A DNA stretch of 64,000 bases from Octopus sinensis. Its lineage: Eukaryota. Both the position numbers and the translations under genes were made by a program. This document shows positions 1 through 12,200 of the stretch, in pieces (the stretch's first letter is position 1; every line of letters begins with the position of its first letter). The stretch covers positions 56,668,001 through 56,732,000 of the forward strand of contig NC_042997.1 of the NCBI RefSeq assembly GCF_006345805.1, given 5' to 3'. The notes under the pieces were generated by a model. It made no database searches. It had not been told where the DNA came from and saw only the letters and a list, made by a program, of their open reading frames with translations.

Positions 1-107
1 TTTTTAACTGTCTCTCTCTCAATAACCTTATTAAGCAAAGGAAATTTACTAAACCACAAAAACTGGTAAAAATTTATATCCAATGTATGTATATATGTAT
101 GTATGTA

Positions 108-164
<57 letters not shown>

Positions 165-189
165 ATGCATGCATGCATATATAGGTGCA

Positions 190-456
190 AGAGTGGCTGT
201 GTGGTTAGAGGCCATACGCACAAGAGTGATTGTGTGGTAAGAAGCTTGCTTCCCAACCAACTGGTTCCAGGTTCATTCCCACTGCATGGCATCTTGGGCA
301 AGTGTCCTCTATATATCCTTGAACCTTGTGAGTGACTGATAGAATAAGTACTAGACTTACAAAAAATAAGTCATGGGGGTCTATTTGTTCGATTAAAGGC
401 GGTGCTCCAGCATGGCTGCAGTCAAATGACTGAAAAAAGTATAAGATTAAAAGAAT
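190..456 (+). mobile_element. tRNA-derived CORE-type SINE (octopus family), internally deleted
   Basis: GAGTGGCTGTGTGG head (duplicated), GGTTCATTCCC B-box-like, CTTGGGCAAGTG core, GGCGGTGCTCCAGCATGG...GTCAAATGACTGAAA tail. Confidence 0.8.
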
Positions 457-739
457 ATATACAAGCAGAGATACCCAGCATTGCTTGGGATTAGAATAGC
501 ATAATTTGTATATATATTACAGTTATGTCGAAACAGATGATATGAGTAAGTGCAGCATTGATGACAAATCATTTGTTGAGTAAATGGTGGTCTAATTCAA
601 CTAAGCAACATGTCATGTGTCTGTTTGCAGGATTCCAGGCCCTCACCTGTCATGGAAAATTGGGGTGAGGGTGGCATGTGATTTTTGTACTCACCAAAAA
701 GCTATCAGTAGATATAATCTCCTTTGCAGTGGTTGGCGC

Positions 740-1431
740 TGCATCTAACACAACCCATCATCTGAAGTTACGACACCTCCTTCGAGTCTGTTGTCTTACA
801 TCACTCATACAATAAATTTGGAGGAATTTTGGTTGTTCATTTGTGGGTAACAGGGAACCAATGATGTGACAGACTTGTCCTTGAACTTTGAACGTTGGCA
901 TAAATCCATGTTCAACTATCTCCTTAGATGCACCAAATGATGTCATTTGAAATGCAGAGTTGTATTGTCTGATATTGTTCTGAAAATCCTTTGACTGGAT
1001 GGAAGTGACTTCCAGAAGATCCATAAGAGGTTGAGGAGGAGCTGGTAGTGCTGGCAATCTTACGTTACCGACTGAGTAGCACATGTCATTATTTTCATTT
1101 GGAAATTTTAAAGCTTTGCAGAAATGACAATTTGAGTTTAACACACCAATTTGGACAGAATTATCATTTTTATAAGAATGGGATGGTTCATATCTGAAAG
1201 CAGCTCCAAGAGTTGTGAGGAACAAATTTGTACATGTTCTGTTTCTGAGAGCTGTTCTATTTGAGCTCTGTCTTAGTGATTCAGTGTTAAGTGCTGCAGC
1301 ATGCCTTTGCTGATCTCATCTAATCTTCTGTGTTGAGACTCCATCTGATGTGCTTGGGCATGCCTTTGCTGATCTTGAAAAAGTCTCATCTTGCTTGTCT
1401 TGAGACTCCATTTGACATGCTGCAGCATGCC
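740..1431 (-). mobile_element. Helitron Rep/helicase N-terminal fragment (decayed)
   Basis: ORF 758-1225 contains LPALPAPPQPLMDLL...NIRQYNSAFQMTSFGA...GFMPTFKVQGQVCHIIGSLLP...KFLQIY, the conserved pre-Rep region of Helitrons. Degenerate internal repeats at 1280-1430 resemble the repetitive N-terminus. Confidence 0.88.
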
Positions 1432-1623
1432 TAATTTAAATATTTAACAAATATTTAGCCACATGTGGGCATGATCCAAAAAGTTCAGTTCTTCAGATCA
1501 TGCCCACATGTGGCTAAATATTTGTTACAGTTTTGGTCCCTCCGAGATTACAGATAGGACTTGCTTTCTATATTGTGTCCATGTACAAGCTTTTTATCTC
1601 TTTATACACATTACTTATATATA

Positions 1624-2105
<482 letters not shown>

Positions 2106-2626
2106 AATATCCTATATATTTATATATTTTTTACATATTTATAGAGATATTGTTTTATAGGTTTATTGCTTATATATTTTTTACACATATTTTTTCTGTA
2201 TTCTACCTTCCACCCTGCATTTTCCCTGTGCGTATATAGACGTGTATATGGATTCTTTTGTGTGTGCATGTGTGTAGGTACGTGCATATATAGATGTGTG
2301 TGTGTGCGCGTGCATGCGAGTATGTGTGTATATAGATGTGTTTTACTAATTGTTTTTATACATTTTCCTGTATTTTGCCTTTAGCCGTTTTTTCTTGTGC
2401 ATGTGCGTATATAAACGTGTGTATGAACCTTTTTTTGTGCATGGGTGTGTGTGCGTGCGTGCATACGGGTATGTGCGTATATAGACATGTTTTACTCTTA
2501 TTGCTTATATTTTTTTATACTTCTTTACACTTTTTTTCTGTATTGTTGCCCTTAGCCCTGTTTTTTTTCTTGTGCATGTGTGTATATAGAGTGTGTGAAC
2601 CTTTTTGGTGCGCATGTGTGTGTGAG

Positions 2627-2668
<42 letters not shown>

Positions 2669-2892
2669 TTTGGTGAATGGCGTGGGTGAGAATGTGTGTT
2701 TTCAAGTGAGGGTGAATGAGTGTATACTTATAGGTGCATGTACGTGGGTGTGCAGGCGCGCATGTGTAGGTATGGACATGCGCGCTTACGCGAATACTAT
2801 GAGCTTTTTTACCCCCTTCTTAATAACGGTCAATCACACCGTAATTTTCCTTTTTTTAACGGTCATTTTCATAGCATTTTTTCCAATGGCTG

Positions 2893-2953
2893 GATAACTG
2901 AAGAGATGGTGGCGTTGATTTCCACCCCGACATCCGAAACTTGGAGTTTTATC
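2893..2953 (+). ncRNA. Candidate type I hammerhead ribozyme (Penelope-like element terminus)
   Basis: GATAA-CTGAAGA-(stem II GATG/CATC, GGTGG/CCACC)-CGAAA-CTTGGAG-TT-TTATC. Stem I has 5 bp; one extra C precedes GAAA. Confidence 0.5.
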
Positions 2954-3095
2954 ATGGCTGCTGAATAGTTGTCACATATTACATTTACAGATAAATTCCT
3001 CTATTTACATAATATCAAGGTCTCTTTCATTCTTTTGTTGTCTTACCATTTCTATCAATATATATATCACTCTCTATTCAATTCTCTTTTATTAG

Positions 3096-3323
3096 AAATC
3101 AGCCTGTGCCCATACATCAGAAAGCCGCCAGATGTTTGCTTCTGCCCAGTGTATAGGTTATTCACAAGAGTATGGAAGCATCTCACATGAAATGTGTTTC
3201 CCTTCTGATAGCACAGTCATTAACCAAGTGAAGAAAGCTGTTAAAAAATACAAAGCAAAAACTGTATTTATTGCTACTGACAACCGAGATTTAATCAAAG
3301 AAATGTCAAAAGTCATGAAGCAG
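3096..3323 (+). CDS. POFUT1: GDP-fucose protein O-fucosyltransferase 1, penultimate coding exon
   Basis: ttag|AAA...CAG|gtaag, 228 bp, phase 0/0. Translates KSACAHTSESRQMFASAQCIGY...VFIATDNRDL...MKQ, matching POFUT1 (W)KNAC...FMASPQCVGY...VYVATD. Earlier exons were not found in 1-3095 and are presumably upstream of the window. Confidence 0.93.
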
Positions 3324-3760
3324 GTAAGAAAAAAAAACAACAAAAAACTCATTGTTATAGCTTTTTTATTATTTTAGAGATTGTTCAGAGGAAGAGGTGA
3401 CTAAAATAACAAGAGGTTTGGATAGATAATGTTGCTTGAAGTGCTTAATGGTTGAAAACATGGCAATATAAAGATTGGGTTTCCTGAAGATGCATTTCAT
3501 ACTCAAAATGTGGACAGTGTTTTGTGACACAAACTGAAGACACTAGTGCATCAAGTTTAGATATACAGAATTAACAGTTTCCTTACATTCTTGTAATAGT
3601 ATTGCTGAAAAGGGTGTTGGGGTGGTGGTGGTGGTAGATGAAGAAAAGGAAGTAGATGTTTGTGGTTATACCTCTGAATTTACAATAGTAAATAAAACAC
3701 AACATATTTCAGCTTCTTTAATATATTTGTAAATTTTTGGTGCTTTGTATTTTACATACA

Positions 3761-3993
3761 AGGCGGCGAGCTGGCAGAATCGTTAGCACGCCGGGCGAAA
3801 TGCTTAGCGGTATTTCGGCTGCCGTTATGTTGTGAGTTCAATTTCCGCCGAGGTCGACTTTGCCTTTCATCCCTTTGGGGGTCGATAAATTAAGTACCAG
3901 TTACACACTGGGGTCGATGTAATCGACTTAATACCTATGTCTGTCCTTGTTTGTCCCCTCTATGTTTAGCCCCTTGTGGGTAATAAAGAAATA
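3761..3993 (+). mobile_element. tRNA-derived SINE (second family, AGGCGGCGAGCTGGCAG head)
   Basis: Head AGGCGGCGAGCTGGCAGAATCGTTAGC, GAGTTCAATTTCC box, and a perfect 15-bp TSD TGTATTTTACATACA at 3746-3760 and 3994-4008. Confidence 0.9.
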
Positions 3994-4854
3994 TGTATTT
4001 TACATACATAGAAAAGGAATACAAAGCAAAGTATTTAGTGCTTTTATTGATAATATCCATTTGTAGATGCTAACATCATTGGTTATAGTTTTCTAGTTCA
4101 CTATACTTATGATAGCAACAGCCACAAAAGCGCAGTTAAAATGATAAAAGAATTTTGTTAGAATGAAATTAATTTCAGTACAATGAATGAAAATTGAATC
4201 TTAGCAGCCAAAATTTCTTTCTACAATATAAACAAAAAAATCAACCAAGTCCTTCCTTGCATATATCATCCCACTAAATACTCATAGCCTCTGAAACTCA
4301 AAAAGGCTGCTTGAAATTCCTCACTTCTAATAGTATATGCACGATTATTTGAATATCATAATCATTTTTTGTAATCATCGTTAAAGCCCATGTTACATGC
4401 TGGCATGGATTGGATGGTTTGACATTATCCAGTTGACTGCATTGTGCTATAATTTTTGTTTTGGCCTGGTTTCTACAGTTGGGTGCCCTTTGTAACACCA
4501 ACTTCTTTACAGTGTATACTGGGTGCCATGTAACTCATAGGGCTATGACCCTGGGTGAGGTGGAGGGGATCAACTTCAAGCTAGGAGATAAACATGAAAG
4601 ATAAAATTAATAATAGGGCTGTTGTTATTTTGCCAATTCCTATTTTGAACCATAATATAAAGGATAACTATTTATTATGGCTTGTATCAATCATGGAAAA
4701 CAAAGTGAGGAAAAGGTAACAGCTTTGGTTTCAAGAGAAGTTGAAAATTCTGGAAGCTGTTGATTTTGGAAAAATAATACTGCATTTTAGTTTGACATCA
4801 CTCTGACATTGTCCAGAAGAAGCAACTTTTGGTCTACAATGCAAACACCTAAAG

Positions 4855-5027
4855 CAGTGGTTCCCAACCTGGGGTCTGCAGACACCTGGTTGTCTGCAGA
4901 AGTAGTACTGGGGTGGGGGTGGGAGTGAACTAAATTCAAAATTTCATATATATATATATATATAAGGACGAGCATATTAAATGTGGTCTGTGGGAAAACT
5001 CATTTAAATAAGAGTCAAGAACCACTG
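4855..5027. mobile_element. hAT/Charlie-like MITE
   Basis: Imperfect TIRs CAGTGGTTCCCAACC ... GTCAAGAACCACTG; no 8-bp TSD retained. Confidence 0.55.
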
Positions 5028-5321
5028 CAATGTTTGAAATATCGATGAAGTAGTTTTTGTCTGGCTTACAAATCAAATAGAGAGAAACATTCTAATTGGC
5101 AAGCTGCTTATGCAGGCAAAGCCCTGGATATAGCAAAAGTTTGGATCACTTGAATTTTCAGACTGAATCAATTTAGTGATTAATAAAGGAGTTGTCTGTG
5201 GTGATGTTCCAGTACCCACCATCCCTGCAAAAAAACTGGTTGAGTAGAAAGCAGAAGAAAGAACAGGAAAATTATTATTCTTATGACAAAGAAGACATAT
5301 TTAGTGTTGATTGTATTCGTA

Positions 5322-5556
5322 TTTGGACCTCACGGAGGCAATGACAGGTGACCGAGACCTTTGGCGATATACCATGCTTGTGTAGACTTGTCAAGCCATT
5401 GTCATGGCCAATGCTGGTGTCAAGTCAATGGCACCCATGCCGGTGGCACGTAAAAGGTACCCATGACACTTTTAGTGGTTGGTGTTAGGAAGGGCATTCA
5501 GCTGTAGAAACCTTGCCAAATCAGGTTGGAACCTTATGCAGCTCCTTATTGAAGCA
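5322..5556 (+). mobile_element. RTE LINE 3' fragment
   Basis: ACGGAGGCAATGAC...GACCGAGACCTTTGG and GGCACGTAAAAG...GGAAGGGCATTCAGCTGTAGAAAC shared with other RTE copies in the window. Confidence 0.75.
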
Positions 5557-5880
5557 GAATCATGTTGTTGGAAAGCAAATTTCTGACCACACAGACATAT
5601 ATTTCCAACGTGTTTTTTTATTCACCTTGTTTCATTTTGAAATTTTCATTACAACATATTTTGTTTGACCTTATGAATAATGGAATTTCACCTGCATACA
5701 GATCTTTTTTTTTTTCTATTGCTGCAAGGTTTACACTGATACATTATCTTATATTTCAGTTTAATATTACAACATTAAATCACTGGACTTATTAGATGCA
5801 TTATTTTAAAATATTTTTGATAGAAACTAAATTTTGTCTTTCAGCTCTTTAATTTTCGTTAATATCTTTTTGTTTTATAG

Positions 5881-6069
5881 ATTAAATTTGTACGCTCAAC
5901 ATTGGACAATCCACTTTTAGACTTGGCAATTTTGACAAAGGCTGATCATTACATTGGAAATTGTATCTCTACATTTTCAGCATTTGGCAAACGATATAGA
6001 GATTCATTGAAAAAATCATCATCATTTTGGGCTTTTGAAAAGAAAACTACAATAAATGAAGAGCTTTGA
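5881..6069 (+). CDS. POFUT1: POFUT1 last coding exon
   Basis: ttttatag|ATT...; IKFVRSTLDNPLLDLAILTKADHYIGNCISTFSAFGKRYRDSLKKSSSFWAFEKKTTINEEL*. Matches the DLxILxxADHFIGNCxSxF motif and ends in a KDEL-like NEEL. In frame with the previous exon. Confidence 0.95.
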   Translation: MKFVRSTLDNPLLDLAILTKADHYIGNCISTFSAFGKRYRDSLKKSSSFWAFEKKTTINEEL

Positions 6070-8434
6070 ATTAGTAAAAAAAAAAAATAAATAAAAATTG
6101 CTGATTAAACTTTTCAGGACACTTTTTTCAAATGCCAAAGGAATAAAATGCTATATTTTTTTACTTGATAAAGTCCTGTCATGCTAACATCTGCACACAT
6201 ATCAATAAGGAACTGATAACTAGAATTATTTAATCCAGTTCTCCCTTCTTACTTAGCTGGAGAATACCAAGTCTTTAGAAGCACTGCAAAGTTGTTCAAT
6301 AAATGCTATTGCTGCAGAACAGTGAAAAATTGAAATTGAACTTCTAAAAGTTCTAACAAAAACTTAGAGACATGCTACAAATCAGTGTCATTGATTTTGT
6401 TTCCCTTTTATCATAGTCAAGTTCAAAAACATTCCAGCTAACCTCCTCCCATAATTTGTTTAAGTTTTAAGGCAGTAAGGCTTGATTTGAAAGAGATTTT
6501 CTGCTATTTCTGATAATTCAAACAAATCTGGAAGCACTTTTTTTTGTAAGCTTATTAAAGTTACAAGGTGGTATTACTTGGCCTTTTATCACTGCTGAAT
6601 AAGAAAACTAATGGTCAAAGACTTTCCAGGTGTGGCTATCATGTCCCTTTCACAAACATGTAGGAATATATTATATACAATGTATTTCATTTTTCAAAAG
6701 TGTAATAAGATAGAAATTTGGCTGCTATTTCTATCAACTTGAGCAACAAAATGGAGGCTCCTTAATTCGAGTCATAAGTGATACAAGTGAATCCAGTGGC
6801 CTATTGTTATGTTACATGACAGTAATATAATATTGAGCTCCCTATTATTACAGATACACATTTCCGTCACTATCCCCACTTTCAAATCCCAAAATTTCTT
6901 CACTAGGCCATTATGACAGATGATTTCCAACACACTTTAAAACAGGATTCTAGCCGTGTGGAATACCAAAATTCTGACACAATTTTTATCAAACAGAATC
7001 ATATTATAAGTCGGCAACTCATAGCATGTGTTTAGTAAGCTAACAGATGTCTATATGGCTGGTTACCCTGTAAAATATAGCAGCCAAGTATCTTTCAAAT
7101 CACTCTATCTTAAAAGACAGAAAAATAAAACAGAGTGGTCACAATTGGAATGCTCCTGGTCATATGTCTGATTTATCAGGGCTGATGTAAGGCCAAACAA
7201 ATTTCAGTTCTAGTAATAGATTTCAAATTTTCAGTTTAAACATACAACAGTTATTTATACATGTCAGTCTTACATAAAATCATGCATATTATAAGTGCCT
7301 TTGTAAACATATATTCATTCATCTCCAACACAGATGAAAGAAAAGTTTTAAATAAAACAAATTAATATAAGGAAAAAGAAGGTAAACAACTTTTGAAACA
7401 TTGATAAAATTTATTGCATTTCTCAATTTGAATCATATTTACAGTCACAATGATCTGTGTTTTGCAGAATATTAGTCGTTAAAAGTAAGTAAATGAGAAA
7501 TAAGTAGAAACAGTGAAATCGATTCCTGCTGAAAATTTATCAGTCTCTTGTATCTCTTGAAATAAAAACTAAAAATCAAAACTTTTATGAGAAATCCTTT
7601 AGTTTTCTATTATTGTTTTCATATATTTATAATTGTGTCAGAATTGATGTAGTTTTCTAAGTGGTTTATAAATTGTTTTTTAAATTACCTACCAAGATAT
7701 AGACTTATAGAAATTAATTTTCAGAAAATGAAATCATTCTGAGAATTGACATGCAGTTGGTTCCATTTTCCAAAATGCTCTGCTTTACATAGAAATTTTT
7801 TACTTTCGTTTTTTAAGGATTAAATTTCCCTTTTTACAAATAGTTTGATATGGTCTTGAGTTCTCTTCTAATGGCATCAAAATTCTATAAAAATTAGTGA
7901 ACCTTCTACCAAATAAATTCTAGTTAATTCTTCATTTCAAACAAATTATAGTCTCATAAATTTTAGCTTCCGATTGTCTTAACTGTTCAGAATTATTAAT
8001 TCTATAAATTCTAAAACACAGTAAAATACTGATCATTATTATTAAAACTTCAACTTTCCTGATAATTGGATTTATAGAAAAAGTAAAAATTTTGATACTG
8101 ATTATTGCTTAATCATTGCACATGCTCAATTAGTGTGTGATGTGAAAATGTATAGAAAATAGTTTTATATAAAAACAAACAGGAACATGTATTGAGCTTC
8201 AAATGTGTAATAAAAACAATACTATACACCCTATTTTTCTTTTTAAGATAGAGACTATCCTAATGAATAGGTTTTGAATCACAAAGGGGTCTATCTGCAT
8301 CACAATGTTTACAGATCATAAATTTAAAAAAATACTTTTTCTTGATTTATATCTCATTTCATTACAGTTGCTTTCATATCCATGAAGGTAAATAATTTTT
8401 TTTTACTACTAAGAACAGAAATCAAAGTCAAGCT

Positions 8435-8553
8435 TTAGTTCAAATTAATTTCACTTTCTGTTGCACAAATACCCTCTTGTTTGAGACGTTTGAGAATGGG
8501 GCTGTAAATATCTGGTGATAAGGGTACGACAATTCCTTTTTTCTGAATTTCAC
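8435..8553 (-). CDS. AASS: AASS last coding exon
   Basis: cag|(S)[38 protein letters not shown], 119 bp. Confidence 0.94.
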
Positions 8554-9200
8554 CTGCAAATAACGAAATGTTATATTAGTTTAAATCTAAAGACAGGAGA
8601 AGAGTCAAGTATGAATACAGTTATTTGGTTTTTATCAGAACATCCTGTAAATCTGATGAGCTTAGCTTAGTCTCTTTTTCAATACAATATTTTGTACATA
8701 GCGTACATGACATCTATATTATTTCTAGGGATATATATTAGTTTGTTTTTTTTTAAAGTTCCTTCAGCTAAGATATATAATATGAATTTTTGGGGTAGTA
8801 AAAATGGGTACCACAACAAAGGATATTAGTTAAGTAAGAATGTTGAAACGGTAAAACTTCACTGTTGGGAGTCCATTTTTATTATAAATAATTCTGGTAG
8901 TATTCATTTTCAATAGCCTATACAAAGATAGAATCCCAACATTTCCAGTTAATGAAACACTTCAGTTATGCAGTATCTCAACTTCATACAGCACTAAGCA
9001 AACAATCTATCTTTTCTACAAAAGCTAGTTACATCATATATATATATATATATATTCTAAAGAATATATATTTTAAAATATTATTTACGTATATTTATTA
9101 ATTATTTTATTATTGTAGTTTATTTTTAACCTGATGAGTGGCTATATTTATATCAAAGTGATTTTTTTTACTGTAAGTTAGGATTAATATTCCCTCAAAT

Positions 9201-9241
<41 letters not shown>

Positions 9242-12200
9242 TGGAGATACAAGATTTCCTACTTGTTTTAGAAAAGAATAAACTAACTTAAATGTGTAAT
9301 AGGAATCAGACAAAGAAATTTATGAAGGGGGAATGATTGCAATGATTTGGATTTGTAATGCAGGTAAATAATATATGCTGAATAATGGAATGTATGAGCT
9401 AGGAACTGACAATAGCAATAGTAAATGTAGACCAAGTAAAACTTTGTTTAAAGTAGACACTATATGAAAGAATAATGGCTCTTGGAAAAAAGCCACTGGA
9501 AATATAAAACTACTTGTTCTATAAATCAATACAACTCAGCTGTTGTATTGGAATGCACACAGCTCATGATAAGTACAGAAGAATAGTAACTTTGCCTATT
9601 TATGTTGTGGCCACCATCAGAATGAGGATGAACATATAAGTGGCTATCTGACTTGCTAGAAATAACAGCCAAATCCCCATCAAACCCATACCTTAGTGTC
9701 TTAAGAAGAAGATACACTAGATAATGTTTAAGTAAATGCACATGGTAAGAATGGTCACAGGTATTTTATCAGCTTGCTCAGTCAGAGCTAATGTGTGGCT
9801 GAACTACAACAGCCATACAGAAACGGAATGTAAGGTAGAGACAGTAAATACATGTCCAGCCTGTCACACTGTATTGATATCATTAACTACAGTATATCAG
9901 TATATGTTGTGAGGTCAACCAAGACATGATATAGTCAGAACAAATTGTTGGAAAGCACCTAGTCACTTGACTGACCACCTGAATACCATAGGTTTGTTCA
10001 ATTAGAGCTCACTGAGGACAACACAACAATTAAACTGTTGACAGTCAATACTTTACAGCATCAAGTGGCATGCTTGTAAAACTGATTTGACTCCCATTAT
10101 CCTTTTAATACATGTTTAAGACAAAAAATTTATACTGAAATACACTGGAGTAAATATTCTCCATTATGTTCTTTCTACCCCAGCATCGCCACAGCCTTTG
10201 GGCTGAAACGCATAAAAGAATAAAGTTTGTTAAGAGGCTTACTTTCTAGAACCATCTTGGTAGCAATAGCACATGGTAAACCAACAGTTTTTGCCATAGC
10301 TGATGCTCCATTTGAGTCACCATACACACAAAGTCCAATGTTTCGTAAAACACGAGTTTTATCAGGCCAAGTAAATTCAATCTGATGACGCATCAATAAA
10401 ACATCACGTTCTCCTTTTTCTAAAAATATAATTTGTAAAATTTTAATATTGTAAAAGAAAGAATTTTAAGCAAAATAGCAAATAAAAAAACATGGAACTA
10501 GATTAACTGAAATTGAAAATATGTGATATATTTTTACAGTACTCACGGTAGGATAATCGCTTTGCCAAATAGTTAGAGATTGTGTCCAAGGGGCTCCCTC
10601 TTTTGTCAATTAATTCTTCTTCTAGGAGACCAAGACTAAGTAACCACAAGAGAATACACAAGTATTTTTAAAGTAAGTTACACAATCAATGTATTCAACA
10701 CAGATATTTTCAGAGAGATAAAAGATTTATATGCTTACTAATATGTTGCAGCAATATGCCAACAACACCTAAAGGAATTCACTCACCACTACAAACTAAT
10801 AGTTTCCAATTGCTATATGATTTACAAGATGACCAGACAAAAAGCAAATGTGCATCACATGATATGCAAACTCACACATCTTAACAGCAGCAGAGCTTTC
10901 ATGATTGCTTTGTAAATAGCATTCCCACTGATAAAGCCTCAATATTTGTTGCCCATTTTGCTTCAAATTCCATGTAATGCACACCTCTCAGGATCACTTT
11001 TTCTGTTTCATTTATCTTACTACCACATATAAAATCTTTTCTAATCACTTTGATGCAATATGATAAGTTTCCACTGTGTAATTATCATTATCCTTAGACA
11101 GTGCACTACAGAGCTAACTCCTATCTTTACCATATTTCTAATCCTCTTTATAAAGGAGCCTATCCCTAATTACGGAAACTTAACAACAGTATGTCCTTTT
11201 ACTAATTATGCCAACTAACAATCAACCACCCTCACTTCAAACATCTGGAAAGTGATGGAAATGATTGTAAATAATAACCTCCTTCATTTCTTTCCCTCTT
11301 CAATGACCACTAATATGGATTCCATAGAGCTGGAAGACCAGAGGTCTGCTCTCCTACATCATATATCAATTGTCTTTTGTTCTTGAGAAGATCAACAAAA
11401 GCAACACTACACTTTGGTCTTAGTTAACCAAAAAAGCTTTCAAAAGTGTCTGTCCCAAAACCCTATAGCTGTGTCACTCATCTTTTGAGTTGTAAGAAAC
11501 ATTTCATTGTAGAGCATTCATTAGGGCTTTCTCAGACCCACTGTTTATCAATAGTCAGTATGATTACCCACAGTAGTGACTCATAAAAAGTATAGTACAA
11601 CAAGATAAGAAATTATAATGCAATAAAGTCACTACAATATGATATTGATACAGAGAAATTAATAGCGTTTATCATAGTTGAAATAAATGGTAACACTTAC
11701 TCTTCAATAAAAGCCAAACGTTCAGCATTACATTCAAGTCTTCCATAAATGAGATCTCTGAGTGAGTCCACAAGAATGTCAGGGGATTTCCCCATCAATT
11801 CACACATATAGGCTTTCTGAAAATTAAACACACAAAAACATATAACTGCAATTCCAGAGACCCAAAATATTTCGTTCTGAACAATTACTAATTCTACAGA
11901 CTATCTATTGCCATTAATGGCAGCTGTTTGAGGGTGCTTATAACATATCCCAGTTATCAGGATTATAAGCAGATGAGAACACATTTCCTCCATGATAGCA
12001 TATTAGCTTATGATAGATTTATGTATTTAGCAAGATTTGAGCCAAGTACCTTCAAGATAATGAAACAGTCATCAATTACTGCTTTCTTGTTTACAGTGAT
12101 TATTTATCTTTGTTCTTATGATGTGTATAGCCTTTCTCAAAAATATTCAATATAGTCTAATACAATTAGACTATACATAACTCATTCCTCTTTAGTCATT

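Noticed and set aside
74-335. ORFs rich in YI/CV/HT repeats here and at 1712-1979, 17583-17918, 34894-35247, 52322-52603 and similar sites
   Set aside because: They are translations of (TA)n/(TG)n microsatellites with no protein-like content.
3483-3545. CTGAAGA-T-GCATTT...AAATGT-GGACAGTGT, an HHR-like relic
   Set aside because: The GAAA core is absent and no stem I is evident. At most it is a dead remnant.
3761-3850. tRNA-like A/B boxes at SINE heads
   Set aside because: No complete cloverleaf. They continue into SINE bodies with TSDs, so they are not tRNA genes.
8653-9200. Isolated CTGATGA heptamers (near 8653 and 9131; also near 33848 and, on the - strand, near 20040)
   Set aside because: There is no downstream GAAA plus helix III. 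Such heptamers are expected by chance in AT-rich DNA.
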